Below are positions 59,197-64,000 of a DNA stretch of 64,000 nt, in pieces. The stretch's first letter is position 1. Each line of letters begins with the position of its first letter. The notes under the pieces are model-generated. The model was not told the DNA's origin, searched no databases, and worked only from the letters and a program-made list of their open reading frames with translations. The position numbers and the translations under genes were made by a program. Source of the DNA: Gemmatimonadaceae bacterium (GTDB taxonomy: Bacteria > Gemmatimonadota > Gemmatimonadetes > Gemmatimonadales > Gemmatimonadaceae); assembly GCA_051005175.1 (NCBI GenBank), contig JBPCJP010000171.1, positions 4,564 through 68,563 of the forward strand, read 5' to 3'.

Positions 59197-60132
59197 ATGC
59201 CACCAGCCGAACCACGCCACCCGATAGGAGTCGTCGCCGAGAGAACCGGATTGTCCCCGGATGTCCTCCGGGTCTGGGAACGGAGGTATGGCGTCGTCAC
59301 CCCGAAGCGGTCACCAGGTGGACAGCGGATCTATTCCGATGCGGACATCGAGAGGCTCCTTCTGCTTCACAGGGCGACCCGGGGCGGGCATGGAATCAGT
59401 CACGTCGCGTCGCTGAGCGGAGAGGTGTTAAAGGAGCTGGTCCGGGGCATCGAGTTGCCAGGCCCATTTCCTCCGATCCAGCTCGTGCCCGGTGCGCCGC
59501 ACCCGGCTGTCGAGGAGGCAATCACTCACACGAGAAACCTTGACCCTGCCGGGCTGGAGACCCTGCTCCGGCGGAGCGTTGCGCGATACGGAATCGTGGC
59601 TTTTCTCGACACGGTTGCCGCTCCATTCCTGCGGAGGGTCGGGGAGGCGTGGCACGAGGGGACCCTGACGGTTTCCCAGGAGCATCTTGCCACGGCTGTC
59701 GTTCAACGCGTGGTGGGCGAAACCGCCCCCCTGCTCAGCGGGAGGGACGACAGTCCCCTCATCGTCGTTGCGACTCTCGAGGGGGAACGGCACGCAAGCG
59801 GCGCCCTGATGGCAGCCTCCACCGCAGCCAGTGAAGGGTGGCGAGTCATCTACCTCGGCGCAGATCTCCCGGCAGGGGAGATTGCCAGGACCGCGATAAG
59901 GACGAAAGCCCGGGCCGTAGGGATAAGTATCGTCGTCGCAGACAAAAAGCTGCGCATCGTGGCCGAGCTGCGAGGGATCGAGGAAGCGATAGGCCACGAT
60001 ATCGCCATTCTAGCCGGGGGGGCCGGCGCGGCCGGCCTGAAAGGAAGCAAGGGCCTTTCCCGGACGATCTTTGTCGAGAGCATGTCCGAGTTGAGCCGCG
60101 AGCTTGCGGAGATCGGATCACTCACGGCCTGA
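59197..60132 (+). CDS. MerR-HTH + cobalamin-binding regulator (CarH/LitR-like)
   Basis: LRVWERRYG, R..GG.R.YS; W-x9-EH (WHEGTLTVSQEH), ExH (GERHASG), YLGADLP. Confidence 0.88.
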   Translation: MPPAEPRHPIGVVAERTGLSPDVLRVWERRYGVVTPKRSPGGQRIYSDADIERLLLLHRATRGGHGISHVASLSGEVLKELVRGIELPGPFPPIQLVPGAPHPAVEEAITHTRNLDPAGLETLLRRSVARYGIVAFLDTVAAPFLRRVGEAWHEGTLTVSQEHLATAVVQRVVGETAPLLSGRDDSPLIVVATLEGERHASGALMAASTAASEGWRVIYLGADLPAGEIARTAIRTKARAVGISIVVADKKLRIVAELRGIEEAIGHDIAILAGGAGAAGLKGSKGLSRTIFVESMSELSRELAEIGSLTA

Positions 60133-60225
60133 AAAAAGAGCGGCAGACGGGGTGCTTAGCGTAGCACTTGCATAGACTTTCACCGGGGAACGCTGTGCCC
60201 GCCCAGACCCCGGGAGCTCGCAAAA

Positions 60226-61038
60226 ATGAGTCAGGATGTATTGAAGCGTAACAACGTGAAGGTGTCTGGTAACGGCACCCAGCCGATGCTTTTCGCCCAT
60301 GGCTTTGGATGCGACCAGAATATGTGGCGATACGTCACCCACCATTTCGAGGACGATTACCGGGTAGTTCTCTTCGACTACGTCGGTTCGGGCAAGTCGG
60401 ATGTCAGCGCGTATGACTCGAAACGATACGGCTCACTGGAGGGGTACGCGCAGGATGTCCTCGATGTGGTTCACGCGCTCGACCTCGAGGAAATCGTTTT
60501 CGTCGGGCACTCGGTGAGCAGCATGATCGGTGTGCTCGCCGCGAATGAGGAGCCGGAGCGCTTCGAGCGGCTCATCCTCGTCAGTCCGTCGCCGCGGTAT
60601 ATCAACGATTCGCCGTACGTCGGAGGGTTCGAGCAGCGCGACATAGAAGGACTGTTCGAGATGATGGATCACAATTTCATCGGCTGGGCGAACTTTCTCG
60701 CACCGGCTATCATGAAGAACGCCGACCGGCCGGAGCTTGGCTCCGAGCTTACCGAGAGCTTCTGCTCGACTGATCCGGTCATCACGCGCCAGTTCGCCAA
60801 GGCGACGTTCCTCGCTGACAACCGCGAGGATCTTTCCCGCGTGAAAATCCCGTCGCTCATCCTTCAGTGCTCTGACGATATGGTCGCTCCGCTCGACGTC
60901 GGAGAATACCTGAGCCGGGAGCTCGCCGACAGCACGCTCCGCGTGATGAAGGCAGTCGGGCACTGCCCCCATATGAGCGATCCTGAGGAAACAGTTTCCC
61001 TCATCAAGGAATATCTCTCATCTCCGGTTCCCGCCTGA
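60226..61038 (+). CDS. rsbQ: RsbQ-like alpha/beta hydrolase (KAI2/D14 family)
   Basis: RNNVKV, FAHGFGCDQNMW, GHSVS, SPRYIND, SFCSTDP, GHCPHMS. Confidence 0.88.
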   Translation: MSQDVLKRNNVKVSGNGTQPMLFAHGFGCDQNMWRYVTHHFEDDYRVVLFDYVGSGKSDVSAYDSKRYGSLEGYAQDVLDVVHALDLEEIVFVGHSVSSMIGVLAANEEPERFERLILVSPSPRYINDSPYVGGFEQRDIEGLFEMMDHNFIGWANFLAPAIMKNADRPELGSELTESFCSTDPVITRQFAKATFLADNREDLSRVKIPSLILQCSDDMVAPLDVGEYLSRELADSTLRVMKAVGHCPHMSDPEETVSLIKEYLSSPVPA

Positions 61039-61042
61039 CGCC

Positions 61043-62314
61043 ATGCCTCGCGGGCCCATGATGCCGAAGTTGGGAGCTCTCCTCGACCGTGCGCCATGCG
61101 GATTCGTCTCATATGGCGACGACAGCAGGATCGCGGCAGTCAATTCGACGCTCGCCGAACGGCTCGGGTACGATGCTGACGATCTCGTCGGGAAGCCGTT
61201 CGAGGAGATCCTCGCCACAGGCAGCAGGATATTTCACCAGACGCATTTCTTCCCGCTCGTGAAGCTCCATGGCCGCGGGCAGGAGATCTTCATGATCCTT
61301 CGCGGGCGGGACAGCGAGGATGTCGGCATGCTCTGCAATGCCGTGCGACACGAGCGCCATGGCATTGCGTTCACTGACTGCGTGATGATGGAAGTGCGGG
61401 AGCGCCGCAAGTTCGAGGACGCCCTGCTCGAGGCGAAGAAGGTCGCGGAACTGGCAAACGCAACGCTCGAGGAGCAGGCAGTGGAACTCGAGCTTCAGCA
61501 TCATCAGCTCCAGGAGCTGGCCGCGGAGATGGAGGTGCAGAGCGAGCAGCTCCAGGCGCTGAACGTGGATCTCGAGCGTCAGCGCGCGGCGGCAGATGAA
61601 GCAAACCTGGCTAAGAGCAATTTCCTCGCGGTGATGAGTCACGAGCTCCGCACGCCTCTGAACGCGATCGGCGGGTACGTTCAGCTTCTCCAGATGGGAG
61701 TGCACGGGCCGGTGCTGCCCGACCAGTTGGAAGCGCTCGACAGGATCGACAGGAGCCAGCGCCATCTGCTGCGGTTGATCAACGATGTGCTGAACCTCTC
61801 GCGAATCGAGGCGGGGCATGTCGACTACCGGGTCGAGCGAGTTGTGGTTTCCGAGGTTGTTGAAAGCGTGATGCCGATGGTAGAGCCGCAGATGGCGGCG
61901 AAGTCTCTACGGATTGAAACTGCTATAGCGCCAGGCATCGAGGCGCGTGCCGATCGCGAGAAGGTCCAGCAGATACTGCTGAATCTCCTGACGAATGCGA
62001 TAAAGTTCACTCCGCGTGGCGGCAGCATCTGCGTCGAAACGAGCGCAGACGGCCCGAGCGTCCTCCTCCGGGTGATCGACACAGGCGTTGGAATTCCGCC
62101 CCACATGATCGAAAAAGTGTTCGAGCCATTTATTCAGGTCGATGCAAGCCGCTCCCGGTCCGCGGAAGGCACTGGTCTCGGACTCGCGATCAGCAGGGAT
62201 CTCGCCCGGGGAATGGGTGGCGACCTTTCCGTCAGCAGCAGTCTCGGATCGGGGAGTCTCTTCGAGCTTCGCCTCCCGAGGGAGGAGCAGCCGGCGGAGT
62301 CGACCCCTAGCTGA
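61043..62314 (+). CDS. PAS-domain sensor histidine kinase (RsbP-type PAS, coiled coil, HisKA, HATPase)
   Basis: APCG...RIFHQTHFFPL PAS; MSHELRTPLN, NLLTNAIKFT, DTGVGI, GTGLGL. Confidence 0.9.
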   Translation: MPRGPMMPKLGALLDRAPCGFVSYGDDSRIAAVNSTLAERLGYDADDLVGKPFEEILATGSRIFHQTHFFPLVKLHGRGQEIFMILRGRDSEDVGMLCNAVRHERHGIAFTDCVMMEVRERRKFEDALLEAKKVAELANATLEEQAVELELQHHQLQELAAEMEVQSEQLQALNVDLERQRAAADEANLAKSNFLAVMSHELRTPLNAIGGYVQLLQMGVHGPVLPDQLEALDRIDRSQRHLLRLINDVLNLSRIEAGHVDYRVERVVVSEVVESVMPMVEPQMAAKSLRIETAIAPGIEARADREKVQQILLNLLTNAIKFTPRGGSICVETSADGPSVLLRVIDTGVGIPPHMIEKVFEPFIQVDASRSRSAEGTGLGLAISRDLARGMGGDLSVSSSLGSGSLFELRLPREEQPAESTPS

Positions 62315-63467
62315 TTCCTGCCTCGTCCAGCGACCGGCCGATGTCGGCGATCAGCGCGTCCGCGCCTTCGAGTCCTATCGACAGTCGGACGAGCCCAGCC
62401 GGTATTCGCTGCGCCTCGAGGTACGGGAGATTGTTCCCGCGGTTTGGCGAGATGACTATGCTCTCGACACCGCCCCAGCTGACGCCGATCCGGAACCTCT
62501 CGAGCCCGTTGATGAACTTCCTCACAGCATCGAACCCGCCCGAGGCGATCTCGAAGCTGAACAAACCCGAGTGGCCGGTGAGAGAAGGAGAGGGATCATC
62601 GAACGCGGGATGATAGACCGCCGACACGTCAGGCCGCGTTCGGAGATAGCCCGCGACCGCGAGCGCATCTGACTCATGCTGCTGCATCCGCACGGGCATT
62701 GTACGAAGCCCGCGCAGGAGCAGCCAGGCGTCGAACGGCGCGAGTATTCCCCCGTGCAGCATGTATGAGCGAAAGAACACCTGCTCCATCCGCTCGGAGG
62801 TGGTGATCAGCGCTCCTCCCACGACATCGCTGTGCCCGCCGATGTACTTCGTCGCCGAATGAACGACGATATCGACCCCATGCAGGAGCGGCTTCTGGAA
62901 CAGTGGAGACGCCCAGCTGTTGTCGATGCAGGTGAGCGCGCCGTGCTCGCGCGCGACGGCGGCGACCGCCTCGATGTCGAACGTCCGCATCAGCATGGTT
63001 CCGGGATTCTCGAGCCATACCAGGCGCGTGTTCGGCTTGAGCGCGCCGCGCACTGCATCGGGCGTGAGGTCGAGAAACAGGTCATGCTCGATCCCGAACC
63101 TCCCGAGCTGCTTTGCCAGCTGGATTGTCGGCCCGTAGGTCTGGTTGACGAAGAGAATGTGATCGCCGGCCTTGAGCAGACCCATCATCACGGCGCTGGC
63201 AGCTGCGATCCCGGAAGCGAATGCCTTGCACGACTCGCCGTGCTCGAGCGCGGCGAGCTTCTTCTCGAGCAGCTCGACTGTCGGGTTTGTTCCCCGGGTA
63301 TAGACGTAATTCCGGTGCTCGGCCTTGAATGCCTCGAGTATCGACTCATAGTCGGGAAAGGCAAAAAGCGATGTCTGGACGATCGGCTCGGACATCGGCT
63401 GCGGCCCGGGAGCACCCGCTGGGTGATCCTCGAGACAGAGCCTGACGTCGTCAGCTGAGACCGGCAT
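62307..63467 (-). CDS. Cys/Met metabolism PLP enzyme (cystathionine gamma-synthase/lyase family)
   Basis: YTRGTNPT, FASG, DNSWASP, HSATKYIGGHSD, GVSWGG, RLSIGLE; likely start MPVSADD. Confidence 0.88.
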   Translation of the reverse strand: MPVSADDVRLCLEDHPAGAPGPQPMSEPIVQTSLFAFPDYESILEAFKAEHRNYVYTRGTNPTVELLEKKLAALEHGESCKAFASGIAAASAVMMGLLKAGDHILFVNQTYGPTIQLAKQLGRFGIEHDLFLDLTPDAVRGALKPNTRLVWLENPGTMLMRTFDIEAVAAVAREHGALTCIDNSWASPLFQKPLLHGVDIVVHSATKYIGGHSDVVGGALITTSERMEQVFFRSYMLHGGILAPFDAWLLLRGLRTMPVRMQQHESDALAVAGYLRTRPDVSAVYHPAFDDPSPSLTGHSGLFSFEIASGGFDAVRKFINGLERFRIGVSWGGVESIVISPNRGNNLPYLEAQRIPAGLVRLSIGLEGADALIADIGRSLDEAGIS

Positions 63468-64000
63468 CAGAGGCCCGCCAGGAATTCCTTCATGATCTTT
63501 TCGACCTCCGCCGGATTGCTCATGAAGATGAGGTGGCGCGCCCCGGGGATGGTGACCATTCTCGATCCCTTCAACTCCCGGACGATGTACTCGCGCTGCG
63601 CGCGGACCACTGCTCCTGTCACGTCGATCGACCGCTGGAGCACGATGCGTCTGTCGGGATTGCTGCCCGCCCACCTGCGAGCATGAGCCGGCAGATGCTC
63701 GATCGCGCTGGTCTCGGCGAAAATAAAAACGGCGGGAGCCTTCACCTTATTGAATGGAGTGGGACCTCCCGCTCTTATTGCTGCCATCATTTTTGGCGGC
63801 GCGGGATTGTTGTTGGCGCGATACGGATTGAATCCCTCGAAGAAATACGCCGCCCTCACGGCGGACTCGGTGTTGTCGGTGAGGCCTACCCGCACGCGGT
63901 AAGCCCATGCCGCCTTGGCTGACGCTGAATCCGCATCGGCAGGCATGACATTCTCCGGAGCTGGCGGACGGGTCAACGCCTCGAGCGACAAAAGCGGCTC
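63467..64000 (-). CDS. C-terminal part of a probable alpha/beta hydrolase (runs off window)
   Basis: VKAPAVFIFA...IPGARHLIFMSNPAEV...EFL terminal pattern. Confidence 0.6.
   Translation of the reverse strand, partial: EPLLSLEALTRPPAPENVMPADADSASAKAAWAYRVRVGLTDNTESAVRAAYFFEGFNPYRANNNPAPPKMMAAIRAGGPTPFNKVKAPAVFIFAETSAIEHLPAHARRWAGSNPDRRIVLQRSIDVTGAVVRAQREYIVRELKGSRMVTIPGARHLIFMSNPAEVEKIMKEFLAGL

Noticed and set aside
1-64000. tRNA, rRNA or prophage genes
   Set aside because: None recognised by eye; a tRNAscan/Infernal run would be needed to exclude small RNAs.

Overview
GC-rich bacterial chromosomal window. The gene mix (high-GC SusC/SusD pair, eukaryote-like Ser/Thr kinases with PD40 or FGE domains) suggests Gemmatimonadota; this is inference only. 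From left to right it holds: (1) a hexuronate polysaccharide-utilisation locus (SusC/SusD, two GH2-like enzymes, uxuB-like SDR, uxuA, uxaC, eda, kdgK, exuT, CE7 esterase); (2) a complete his operon headed by an unannotated His-rich leader peptide and attenuator; (3) an accessory patchwork (ATP-grasp ligase + zinc peptidase pair, two kinases of which one is doubly deleted, GNATs, DUF418, GH18 chitinase, nucleotidyltransferase + EEP pair, M32 peptidase, RES-Xre toxin-antitoxin); (4) cysK, ADH, an M16 pair, AbgT and DUF819; (5) an IS110/IS1111-type element; (6) a CarH-like B12 regulator next to an RsbQ + PAS histidine kinase pair. The most unusual signal is a family of palindromic elements built from short (~7-nt) repeats. 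Some carry a four-helix-bundle (IVP/Avd-like) gene in their loop and others are empty, including a six-unit tandem array at 37.7-39.4 kb. One empty copy is split by the IS110, whose right-end non-coding region shows a bridge-RNA-like fold with guides matching that repeat. All calls come from reading the sequence and recognising motifs by eye; no database searches were run.
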